A stretch of 64,000 nt of DNA from Tubulanus polymorphus (taxonomy: Eukaryota > Animalia > Nemertea), in NCBI RefSeq assembly GCF_964204645.1, contig NC_134029.1, positions 9,574,850-9,638,849 on the forward strand. The letters run 5' to 3'. Numbering within the stretch: position 1 is the first letter of the stretch; every line of letters starts with the position of its first letter. This document shows, piece after piece, positions 1 to 13,200 of this stretch. The translations under genes and the position numbers were made by a program. The notes beneath the pieces are model-generated. The model ran no database searches, had not been told where the DNA came from, and was given only the letters and a program-made list of their open reading frames with translations.

Positions 1-464
1 GTAAAAATTTTCTGAGGCCTGAAATTATACGCCAATGAAACCCCTTACATCTGGCCTTCCGACATATCGGTGGAAAAGTGGGTAAATGAGTGGAAAAATA
101 AATTTTCAGTTGTTCTATTGCTTTGAAATTTTTACTACATAAAGTAACGATATATGGCATACAATTTCAGTTGGAATTGAATAGATCAGTGCATTTTGCT
201 GGGAGACAGAGCAGTTTATCTGAAACTTTTTTGTGAATTTTTTTCATGGCGGCCATCTTGGAGTATGTGGCCTTGACCTCAAGTTCAATTATATTCAAAT
301 TATTTATGTCTACTTTGTTGGCCCAAAAGTTATCAACAACATGCTATATAATTTTTCTGTGTCAGATACCTTGGTAACTATTCTATGAAGCCTCAAATAT
401 ACCCTTATAAACCCCTAAATTCCCTCCGGTATAGCAGCGGAGACACTATGTGGTATTGAAAGGG
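1..464. mobile_element. Right end of a piggyBac-like non-autonomous element
   Basis: Ends ...tgaaaggg followed by TTAA (465-468), the same terminus as the 4112 family. Left end is outside the window. Confidence 0.45.
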
Positions 465-1070
465 TTAACCAGAGAACCAATGAAAAAATGCTCACATAAA
501 AAAAACGTACCGCCATTTTACATGAATTGCCTCAATGCCAACCTCATACTGCTGACAAAGGTAAACCAAAAATAATTGATGTAACCTCGAAAGTTGGGAA
601 GAAAATTGGGAAAAACAGGAAGATAGGAATGATCCAACATCTGGAAACCAAACTAGGCTGACAAGCATACTAGAATGGTATTTGGCAAACAGTAAGAACT
701 TGCCTGAAATGCTGCCTGCCCGGTCACTTGGGCATACAGGTTTCCTTTATAAATGAGAAAAACGTTATCATTTTTGTTTGGCCTGAGCACCTAACAAAAA
801 GTTCCAAAATCGAAGCCCCCAACAATATGTCTAGCTGCGGGCCTGCAAAACCAAAGATACCAAACCGGTAGGCCATGAAATCTCCTAGTTTGCATTTGAA
901 ACTAAGCGCCTTGACTGATACGAGTGTGTAGTATTTCTAAAATTCTAACTGTGGCACCGTTTAGAAGGTTTACTAAAGCTTAAAGTATTATCATCATTAT
1001 TCAAGTACTTCATCAGGAAATACAATGAATAAGTATATGTAACATCACATCTGGGGATTACGAGACTTAC

Positions 1071-1253
1071 AGGTGGAGGCTCCAGTAACTTGCTAAGCTC
1101 TACTTTTTTCCCATCCTGAAGATCATCTTTCATGATAGTCCGTAATATACTAGCGGCTGCTTTATGCTCAGCTGGTAGTAGATTACTACAGCACACCATC
1201 TCCTCAAGCACATCTTTCACTCGTTGTTTCAAACCAGGATCAGATTCAAAGTC
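1071..1253 (-). CDS. RASGRF1: RasGRF exon ([12 protein letters not shown]...[11 protein letters not shown]...LLEPPP)
   Basis: 183 nt, cattctag / gtaagt, phase 0->0. The CDC25 domain is expected beyond the left edge of the window. Confidence 0.93.
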
Positions 1254-4200
1254 CTAGAATGTTATCAGATAATTTCAAATGATCTGCATTCCTATATTCA
1301 GACTCATAGACATCATAAAACTCAATCAGTACCAGGTATATGTCAGAAATTTCTGAACTTACCGATGAATGCTTTGATACCCAATGTTTTAGCACATTTA
1401 GAACTCTCATAGTTGCAGCTGTACTGATCACTGATTCACGTTTTTTCACAAACGGTTTCAAATCTGTAGCACCTAATAGAAACCATACACACACACTTTC
1501 AAACGTTGTAGCTCTGAGCATATCTTCACTTTACTTATTGATAATAACAAAACGTACTGACCTGCACTCGGGTACCGACTAACAGTACGTGGATGACCAG
1601 GTGGGTTCGCTGCTCCCGCTGTCGCTACAGCAAAAGCTGACGCAGCAGCCGTACTGCTAGATCTGATAAAAAATCCAGCATAAAGAAAATTAATGAACAG
1701 TTTCAAATGTTGTACATAAACTTGGGGAGTGTTCGCAACTGGCAGATCTAAAATATGGATGTATAAGTAAGAACAGATATTCCTTGAAAACAATTTGAAA
1801 CAGAGAACATCTGGATACCTTCAAAAGCTCAGTTACCCAGTTAATACATTTAAAAAAGTAAGATCAAATTATGTTAGGTATGGAGCCATAATCATGGCTG
1901 CTGTTGATGAATATAAGTAGTAGTGCATACAACTCGCTGGAACATTAATACTATGTGGTTAAATAATGATGATTCCATTACCTAAGGCAAGATATTGCAT
2001 GCATTGTATATAGATTGGAATGCAGATTATTTGTACTTTCATTGCAAGGATATATTTGTATATACATGCCCACAACAGATGGCCGGTAATATTGATTATA
2101 CAAAATGGATATATAAGTGTCCACGTAGAGATCATATCATATATAATACATATTCTTCCAAGAAAATATTTACAGCACTGAACAAGACAAGACATACAAT
2201 GTATTTGGTACAAATCCTTATACCGCATATTGTATATATGGACAAAAATACGTATACATGAAACAGACAGATGTTCAGTATGTTGTATGTATATATACAG
2301 AAAGAAAGGTAATAGAATAACAGGATGCAGGATGATGATGCCTATAAATTTCTTTGAGCATATTTTACCTGTAACAATCATTTAGGGGGTTATCATGCGT
2401 TTGCCAGTTACAACAGAAGGTTGCCTTTGCTTTCATTATCGATCGATACAAATACTAAGGATTTTGTGCCACAGCAGAGTCTTGCAATGCCATAAGGTTT
2501 CGAATCCCTGCCAAGGGAAGATACTACAAACCATGCATATTCATGTGCGTAAGTATCATAATAAATGCGTATATCATGTGGGCGATGACAATACTTCATT
2601 CCAATATGCAACGATGTGCATGTTTACATTGATCATGGATCTAAAAGACCTTGATAGAATTTGATTTGTTATCTTCTTTTCACATAAAATGGTGGCCAAT
2701 AAGAGGTGAGCATCTAAGCTAATTTGCATATACCTGACACCCAAAATATTAAGTCTGCAAAATGAACTTGGAATAGGTCCTGTTATATAGATTGTAAGGA
2801 ATTGATTGGGATTAACTGAACTGGGCTTATTTCAGTAACTTGTGTTTGCCGTTTGGATGTTTCATTGAGACACGAGAACACACGGCAAAAAGAGTGCAAG
2901 TTCACGAAATAGAAATGGGAGGCTTGGCACACTGCAAATAGAACATACTTTATGAAAAAAGTGCTTTAGCTGAAGAAGAAAGACCTACAGTTCATATAGA
3001 AATATATAATATTCATAATAAAGTCATGCAACCATTGGAACAAAGTTTGATCAAGTGAAGGTTTTGTGAACCTTCCAATGACAATTGTAGGGGGAAAAAT
3101 TCTTTTTTCAAACAGTATGAATTCGGTTAAACGCTTTTGTTTCATTCCAGATTGTGCAGGCAACACCGGAAAAATTCATCTTTCCTTTCCACCATCAACC
3201 TTATCATCAAAAGTATACTTTTAAGTAGGAACAATTTTCATTCTGCAGACCAAGACTGCGGTGTGGGGGGTTGGTTAAGACCTGTAAAAAATCTTATCAA
3301 TTTTTTCTATCTACATAATGTCCAAGATATTCCAGTTTTTCTTTTTTTTCAGTGAGTTACAAAAAGGTGACGATAGAATAAAGTATATGCTTGCTTGCTT
3401 TGCTTAAATAGTGCGATAATAAATCATTTCAAGCTTTGAAATCAATTTTGATAAGCAACAAGAGTTAAAATATATCACAACGAATAATATATCATCTAAA
3501 ATTATTTAGAACTAAATGGAAAAAATATTTCAAATAAAAAACTTTTATCTACCATATGTTCTTTTTAAGTATTAGCACAATATGAACTTAAGTGCGATAG
3601 CAACTGGTAAAAATCTATAAAAGGCTTTGAAAGGGAGGAATTTGCAACAAGCTAAAAACAAATGGTGAAGACTGCACATCATATGTGTAAGTAGTAATTA
3701 GAAATCTAGCCATTGAGCCAATGGTAGAATGTACATGTACACGTACATGAATGTACTGTTGGCTACATTTTATACACTACTTAATGTATGCAAAGATAAT
3801 AATATCGTAATATATTTATCATATTAAGTCGATAGATTCCAGGGTTTAAATTTTCTAAGCGATATGTATATAAATACTGAAAAAACATGAATATATTGGA
3901 AATTAGCGTTCAGCAAATGTATAATGAATGGAAAGGAAAGGTAAAAACTTGAAAAAATATGGAAAACAGATGACAAGGTTGGCATTGGTTGCTAGAATTC
4001 ACTTTTGTCTTTACGAATATGCATAAGTAAAAAATATCTGTACATGGTACATGTAATTTACTATACAGGCTGTGTGCAAGATGAACTCTTTGTACATTCA
4101 ATTTACTTTAACCCTTTCAGTGCTGACTAATCAATAGCCTATAGTGCTGGAGATAATTTGAAAATTTTGAAAAATTCCGCCCTAGTGTTGAATAACGGGA

Positions 4201-7200
4201 ATACCACTAAAGTGCGTCTACACCGCGGCGCAGTGTATCGTTAGTTACTAATATTTCACTATGTTTGACAGGTGCTGCCATATTTCAATAGCGATAAAAA
4301 CTAATTACTCATTATATCAATACACCGCAATGCGGTATTCTGGCAAATCCATCACTGATTCATACACCGCACTGCGGTGTAGACGCACTGAAAGGGTTAA
4401 TGACAATCATATTTGAGCTTAGTTTTATCATAAACCCTGGTAACTTTAATAACGCTAATATTGGGCTATTGAAATGATGTTAGAAAAGCTGTTATTCGAT
4501 GTTTATTCTATATTTGAAAATTATTCAAAACACGTAATAGGTCGAGAAGTATATTTAGAGAGACTTGAGAATGAAGAAATTTATCATTAAACGGAAATGT
4601 TTGAGTAAGTTGAAGGAAAGTGCCAACCATGTCATCTTAAAAATTATTCTCAACCAAAACCTCACTGCGGGATCGGACAATACCTTCTGGTGTTTTGGAG
4701 CGCAACCAACAACATACTGCAAGAAACGGGAAACAATATTAGCGAACACACATAACTGGCATGCTAAATGATTGTTCGCAAAGATTTTTACATTGCATGA
4801 TAGTCGTCTTCAAGCTCTAAAAGGCGTCCATCCCTGGAATTGAGATACAGAGGGGGACAAGATTCAGAAAAATGTGGAAATCATAAACGAAGAATTGAAG
4901 AAATTGTTGAGAAAAAAGACTGGAAATATTTCACATGAGAAAAAGTTGAAGAATAATAAGAAAATGAAGAAAATGAGAGGAGTATACATATTGTAAACCA
5001 GTAATATGTAAATCATCACGTACGAATCAATAATATGATAATAATAGTAATAATAATGATAAATAGTAATACGATAATAAACAAGAGAAATTAGATAAAT
5101 GATTATAACAGGACATGGACGCACAAGTTATGTCAAAAACGAACAATTTTATTTTCATAATGCGTATAATGTGTAAGTTTCAGTATTGTTTTTGTATTTA
5201 ACACATTAGCTGTCACTATAGTCATTTTTGCAGGCTGCCACTTTATGACATATCCTGTATCTTTGGAGCTGTATGTATAATTGGACATTTTTGGCCATAA
5301 CTCGGTCAATTTGGGGGCTACACCTGAAAACTAATCATAACGCCAAGCAGCCGACCAAACACATCGTATTTAAATTTGTTTCACATGGATTGTCAAAGTC
5401 ATCATTCACAAAGAAGTGTTAGCATTTTGTAAAAAGGCGAAAAGGGGTGTTGAGTTATGTTCCAATATATGTTCAAGTTTATTCTTACAAAATTTACAGT
5501 TATGGACAAAAACATCCACCCATTCCCAAAGAAATGGATATAAGTATGTCTGGTACACACAAGAGTTAACTGCTGAGGTTAAATTCTTATGATGTACTAA
5601 TCTCATCGGGCTGTTGCAGAACTGATTATGTAAGTTATGATATCATATGTGTTCCAAATATGGTCAAATAGCTTAACTTTAGCACATTACAGTGAGAATT
5701 TGTGTATGCTCTTCCTCATAATCTGATCTGGTGTTTTTCTGTGAGCGAATTTTACCTTCTGCCAATAGCTTTCGAAGGTGCTTGGCTTTAGATACTAAAT
5801 CATTTTTAAGAATTAACCTATGAATGAGAAGGCAACAAGGTTGATAATGTAATAAGATATTAGCAATGTTTGTGCCTAAACACTAGGACTCCATTATATG
5901 TAGCTAGTTAGCCCATCGGATAACAAATTCATGCCTCGATTCAATGCTCATTGCTCCAGTTCAAACCACCAAGCCGCATGTATATTGTGTACATTGCACA
6001 CCCAAACCTTATTTTAGAGAAAACTCTCGTGGGAAAAATTCACTTAGAGAAAAGTGTGCATATAGCATAGTTTACAGAACACACTGATTTGAAGATGAGT
6101 AATGGAGGAACTCATATTATTCTCTGCTTCGAGTGAACAGATTATCATAATATGTGCATATAGCAAGCAAATTTGGTTGCAACGTACCTTCGTTTAGATG
6201 CCCGTGATGACGTTACAACGGCACCAGCTTTCGCTTGTGGTGGTGAGCCTTCTGACGCAGCGAAACTTGCTCTTGGCGAGAATGTCCCTACGCTTTCCAG
6301 GTCTGAAGCCGTTTTACCTAAAAAATCATACAAGCGTAGAAACAATTGAGCAACAAACAGTCAAATGTTTTTCACCAATTGGTAAGAACCGGCCAAATCA
6401 GATTTTGAAATGAATGCAGAAGTTCATCCCATTCATGAGAAAATCCATTATAGGAAATCGGGATTTGGAATCATATTCCTCAGTGATATATCAGGATACA
6501 GTAATTATTAACTGAGTACATCGAACTTCGTGAGTTAGAAAATCTGTTTGTTAAGATCGATGGTTCAACGGTTTCAACCAGTATGAAATCACCGTCAACC
6601 TTCCATATAATGCACTAGGATAAACAGGATACTTGCTTATATCATACTGAAACTCCAGGTCCGGGTCCCGGTTCTTCCTTAACATAATTCCGATAGAGAA
6701 TATTGCATATAGAGGGCCTCTGTATATCGGACATTCAAATATCCCACCGAAATCGCCGGTCCAAGTGTAATGCATTTCGTTAAAAATCGGTTTCTATATA
6801 CCGTAAAAACCGGCGTATAAGTCGAGTTTTTAACCCTTGATTTTACCACTAAATTATTGACCTCGACTTATACGCCGAGTACAGTTTTCTACAAGTATTT
6901 TCAGGTCACAAGAAATATTGATCCTACCAGACAAAAAAGACTATAACAGTGCTATAACAGTTTGAATAATTATTCATGATAAATAAAGTTATTAAATGAA
7001 AAAAACTTCTTTCATTTTGACACAGCTTCATTTAAAACGATGTATTCATATATGCGCGCGCTCATAGCAGCGCTTAATACATTAGGCTATATATAGCATG
7101 TGACTCACACTACTGTATCACTGTATGGTAGTGTATTATACCTGAGTGTGTGTAACAGTCTATTGATTAACACACAGCAGCAATCAGGCTGACGTGTGGT

Positions 7201-9554
7201 CGCGTGCGTGAAGGCACACATCGTTATCAAAACAATCTATTCAATACAATGATACTAGTAAATATAGCTGCAAAGCAGCAATAACGGGTTTTCTGCACAG
7301 TCTTAGAATCCTGTTCAACGGTGGATTTCGACGAAGCATTTGATAAGGCACAACATCAGCCATTACTAAACAGGCTATTAGGAAACAGTATCAATGATAG
7401 GTCGCCCAAATGGCTCAGCAGTTATCTCTGAACGAAAACTTGTAGCCGAAATCAACGGAACGCCTCATCTTGGAATAAGTCGGTCAAACTAGTGGAGTCA
7501 CGCAAGGTCTATCCTAAGTTGTCTTCTGTTTAATGTCCTGACAAATAACATACACAGTAATCCAACATATACCAGACCGAGTAAATTTCCAAATCGACCT
7601 TAACACGCTGTTCGACCAAAAAACTTAATGTTCCAACAAGAAAATCTTGTTCGAATGAAAATAATTCTGTTTGATCGAACAATACGCTTTTTGCTTGAAC
7701 CCAAAATTTTCTTCATTCTGACAAAAAATGTGTTCAAATAAAAAGCTATGTTATTGTTGAAATGAAAAATTTTTAGTCCCGGCAAAAAAATTTGGTCGAG
7801 CGAAAACAATTTTTTCAAACGAATGTTTGAATGAAAACAATTCTGTTCGATTGAACGAAATAGTTCATACTTTCAGTTCGGAGAAAAAACTTTTTTCAAT
7901 ATACTTGTTCGAACGAAAAACTTAATGTTCTGACAAGAAAATTCTGTTCAAATTAAAAAAGATTCTGTTCAATTGAACGATTGTTCGAACGAAAAACCTT
8001 TCGTTTGGACAAAAAAAGGTTTGTTCAACTTTGTTCTTCCGATTTTTTCAAATTGGTTCAATCGTATAGAATATTATTGGTTCAAACGAAATAAATTTTG
8101 TTCCGACGAAAGAATTTTCAAGCGAAAAGTCTTTTGAACGAAAAAAAAAAATATTTCTGGTGCTCCGCAGTAACTTAAATCCGGACGTAGGTTGGTCTTG
8201 TGACACGAGGCGATCCTTGCGTTGCACCGCAAGTTTCGGTGCAAGTCGGTTGCAATACGATTGTGTGCAAATAGTTTCTGCCAGTCGCAAGAGCGCGTCG
8301 GTTGGTTGTGACAGTCGTGTCGCGTCGCAGAAAGTAGAACACGTGCGAATCCATGTGACTGGCGTTGCTGAAAGATGAGGACGCCAGTGATATGACGACT
8401 GAGTTTCAAGTCGTCAAAACGTCACGATATGTCAACATATTTATGTTGACTTGATGCGATATATCGCGATATATCGACATAAATATGGCGACTTGTCGAG
8501 TTTGAACGCGACAACTCGAGGCCCTTTATGAAGTTCAATCCAATGAGTCCGTTAATAAACGCAACAATTATACTGTGTTTGTTTGAGACAGTAAAGCTCA
8601 GTACCGGTAGGCCTAAAGCCGCGTCAAACTCGATAAACGCTTCAAGCGACAAAGCGAACGATCTCCTTTCCCCCACAGCGAACGCTTACTCCAAATTTCA
8701 AGTGTGACTCCAGCATACGGAAAGGAGTGTGTTATATACTTGTATTTAGTAAATACCTTGTGCATTTGACAATGATCGGTATGTACTGTAGGAACTATAG
8801 AGTATTGATGGTATTGATATAGAGGTTGAAGCCCGCGGTCGAATAAAGTAATATATTATTTTATTTTGATACCTCGTCGACATAACAGCTTTTCTCCGCT
8901 ATATCTCTTCGGCGTGTTTCGTTTAGGCCTACGACTCCCCGGTACACTCATGATTTATCTTAGTAAATACACGGTTAATTCGGTAAAGAAAAACAGGTAT
9001 TGCTAAACTAACTGCTTGACGCCCGCAGCCAAATCACTGGTAGTTATAAATTAATTTGTACTTGATTTGATTCTCATGATGAGGAGAAACTCGCAGCTGA
9101 TCCCCGGAACGACGATGTAGTGACACACGTCGATTTGTCGATGTTTACGGCTCGACAGTGCTTTTAAAATCTAAAGTAGTAAATTTCCTGTGTATCGGTA
9201 ATATGATTTGATGAGGAAATTGGGCTATTGTTAAAATTAGTTTTTAAAAACCGCGACAGAATGTGCAATCTTTGGGTAATAAATTTGTTAATTTATGCTT
9301 GAATTGATAATCGACGTGACAAGAAACGTGCGGTAGATTTCGGAAAGACGACTTAGAAAAACATGTCGGCTCTTTGAATGGGGCTCAATTTTCGATGTTT
9401 ACGGCCCGACAGTGCTTTTGTAACGTTGATTCTTCAAAATTCGCACGGAGTATTTGTAGATTGAAGTGAGCTGAATGATATCAGACGGATTGTATCGGCA
9501 ACAGCGGTAATGGTTAAAAGCCTATGTACTTTTGACAAAAAAAGTGTGGAAAAA

Positions 9555-9586
<32 letters not shown>

Positions 9587-10211
9587 GAAACACGCGAATC
9601 TCAATAGGGTTTTCTGTGATGTAACAGAAAACCCTAATTATTCTTCTAAGAGAAGGGACTCGACTTAAAAGCCGGATATATGTTAAAATCATGAAATGTA
9701 GGTCTAAAAATCGACCTCGACTTATACGCCGCGTAGACTTATACGCCGGTTTTTACGGTAACACATAAACTCCTACGAGATGAAGTGTAGGCTAACCTTT
9801 GTGTAAAAAAAAAACAGTCAGAATCTGTACGCTAATTCATTTAGGAGGCCTGGCATCCCCACTGAGAATTGCCAAATGTGTGTAATTGGGAATAGGTTTC
9901 ATTTTGATTTGAACATATGTTGGCGGTTGCAGTTCTCGGGAAAATGGCAACTAAATTGAACTACTTAATCTAGTTTATCTGATCAGTACAGATTTGATGT
10001 GAGCTGCTTTTGAAGCTCTGCTTTACACCCAAAATATGGAATACATTAGAATCATTTTCAGCAAAGCTTCTTTCCTTTTGTTTTACTGTATACTTTGTAA
10101 TGAGGTCTAATACCATTGTTTTTATTATCATTTTACTCTCGTGTCTCATTCAAATGTATATATCCTAGCGTGCAGTATATATGTAGCGGACAGCGTGTAT
10201 AAAAAATTTCA

Positions 10212-10290
<79 letters not shown>

Positions 10291-13200
10291 CCTGTCAAGG
10301 TCCTGTTTTCATATTTGTAAAAATACTGATATCTGTACTAATATCATAAATACCCTTAATCGTGCAAATTGAGTCGGCCATTTTCAAACATTCACACACA
10401 TAGATATCACTCGGATGGCCAAATTACGAATGGATCAACAGGACAGGTTGCTTAAAAGCCATCTTGCATCAGGTGATGTGATCCAGAAAAAAGCATCAGT
10501 CACTCTGATGGGTGATACTTTCGAATTAAACCATGGTATCAGCAACGAAACGCCAGCATAAAGCCCCAAGCTATTGTAAGGATACCCAAGCAATGACAGA
10601 ACGTAGTGGATGAGTTGCACTGACAACTTCATTTTTTCACAGTATCGTCTTCTGTTTTAAGTTTAAAATGATCAATATCGTATATGTGGTCAGTATAAAA
10701 AACCTGAATTTGATCCAGTTAAAGCTAAATCAATTCTATATTGTAAACACTTTTTCATAAATTATACACATGCCTTGCTCACGTGCAACACGCGCACACA
10801 CACACAACACCTTGAACCACAAAAACACTTCCAGAATGCCAAGGCATGAGAAAGAATGAGAAAAGGATGAAATAAGAATTTGTGTTGAAGGTTAGAACTT
10901 GAGGTTAAAATTTTGCTAGTAAAATTCAGTTCTCATGTTCAAAAAAATTGTATTATTTGGATTTCTTTTAATTGCTTTTATATATAATCTCTGCAGATTT
11001 TTATCTGTCAAGCATTACTGATCTGAAAGCATGTGAAATAGCAAAGCTCCTCTAGCTTTTCTAGTCAAAAACAATCCGGTAGAGCCAGGTTACAATGCCC
11101 CAATATATGATAAAAAGAATTAAGTGCACATTTTTCACTCATTGGGAAGGATAATGTGTATAGAAAGATAACAATACAACACAAGACAAGAAAGTGCTGT
11201 AATCACAATCGAGGGTAACACACAAAAATCAATTCAATACAAGTTACATTTACTCTTTTAATATGAGTTAAAGCTTATACCACACTAAAAGGACAACAAG
11301 AATAACATCGCACAGGAAACAAAACAATAAGAAAGATCATATCATGCTTATGTATAGCACAAGGATCATGCTATTATTGATTACATTAGCCACAATACAG
11401 CCCTTAACTTACTTGATCCACGACGAATGTTGATTGGAATACTCGGTGAGGAATAACTCCAGCTGATTGGCGATGGAGCACGCTTTAGCTTCGGACTGGA
11501 AACTGGCGATTTGGCAGACTGGGTTTGGGATGGTTGTATGATAGCAGGCGAAGACGCACGTCCAGGTGAACGAATAGGTGAAGTTGCTCGCATCAATTTT
11601 GGACTTGAGGCTGGTGAAAGCGACGCATCCAGCGACTGACTACCACCGCTGGCTGGGATCTTAATTGGTGGTATGAATTTCTTCGGTCGCACAGCCAACT
11701 TCGTGGGACTTTTTGGCACTTTTTTTGGACTGGCCGTAGGTGATGTATTTGGGCTATCAAGCGGCGAGCCGGGAGTGAGTGTGTCTGAACTCGGTAAGGA
11801 AGCAATTGTAACTGGACTCTGTGGTCCACTGGTAGCTGAGCAAACATTGTCAGATATTATGTCCACAACTATACTGTGCTGTACAGGAGACAAAACTTTC
11901 GAATCAACCGTGTCTGTCGATGATTCCCCAGGTGGTTCACTGAGTGTTATACTCGTGACTCCATTTTGATGACTTGTACTGGTCGTGGTTATCATTGGAG
12001 GTGATATGCTCTTTCCTTTTTTGTCTTCAGGGCTGTCTTCATCGGTTGAGCCTTTTTCACATGTAACAGTGACATCAGAAAGTGTTTCGCATGAGGCGAT
12101 TGGAGCAAGTTTCATTTTGAGAGGAATGTCAAGTGTGTCAGCCTCTGCTTCTTCCTCAGCTGCTACAGTAGCTTCAGGTACAGAAGCGGGTTTCTCATCT
12201 GAAATATAATCAATGCATTATGTAAAACATTTGAGTAGGAAACAATAGAAAAAAGTAATAGGCCTATATTTGATAACTGGATAGGACTTTTTAAGAGTAA
12301 AAAATCTATGTTCCAGAGACATAATCTATTAATTAATTGTTGTGAATAAGATAAACATACTGGAGGGTCCAGTTCCACAATTGTGAGTTAAGAGTTAAAC
12401 AGAGAGTAAAAATTGGGGCACTTTCAATGAGTCAACTCTGAATCAAATCCTAACCCAGACTGTGGAACTGGGTGCTAAAAGTTACCAAAGTAATCAATCA
12501 CATTAAAATATTCGGGATGACCAAATCACCAATGACAGGGCACCAATGCCCCAGAATAACAGACATAACAAGCTTAGCATATGATATTTACCCAAACCCA
12601 TCTGTGAAGTCTGACCAAATGATAAACGTTTCTCTTTTGGAAGATGACCGCCGGACTCGCGTCGAAGGCCGCCTTTACTGACTAGAAATAGCGACAGAAG
12701 AAAAGTCACGAACAGAGTAACATGGAAAAGATGCAGCAGATATACATGTACAAGATAATATGCTTAGGGCCTCTAGCTAGTCTCTTAATGTACTTTATGA
12801 AATGCTTTTGAAAGCTTTATCAGTCATTATAGAAGCTTCAACTGAAAGCTGCTTAGAGTTAAAATGTTGATGAGTAACTGGACGTTTTAATCAAATCCAC
12901 TCATTTTTAAATGCAATTCATCTTCAATCAATCAGATGTTCTGTTATCAATGAACATTCAATGCCAGTCTTGAAAATTCAAACAAATTACGATGGACATA
13001 GGACGAGGAGCTGGTTATATGGGTTGCAATTTATAGATATCCCTAGTCCTTAACCTACCCAGTAGTACCAATGAAACAATGATAAAATACACAAGTCAAT
13101 CTATAAATTAAGATTTTTGCCACTAAAAATTGTATTTTTGAATGTTATATTTTTGTGCTTACCAATTTCTATAGTTTTTTGACAATATTCTCTGAATTTG

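Larger units (their letters stand above)
6801..9758. mobile_element. Tc2/pogo-like (Tc1-mariner superfamily) non-autonomous element with nested insertions
   Basis: Perfect 23-bp TIR ccgtaaaaaccggcgtataagtc / gacttatacgccggtttttacgg, TA TSD on both sides, subterminal gacctcgacttatacgccg repeats. No transposase ORF. Confidence 0.85.

Noticed and set aside
5756-5794. 39-nt or 30-nt possible cassette exon ending AGAAG|gtaaaa
   Set aside because: The TAG acceptor gives an in-frame TAA, and the alternative AAG acceptor is weak.
7600-8150. Repeat array considered as CRISPR-like
   Set aside because: Units are degenerate and irregular, with no unique spacers and no cas genes, in a eukaryotic intron.
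11593-12209. Overlapping alternative-frame and antisense ORFs in the large exon
   Set aside because: Expected shadow ORFs of a GC-richer, low-complexity coding exon.
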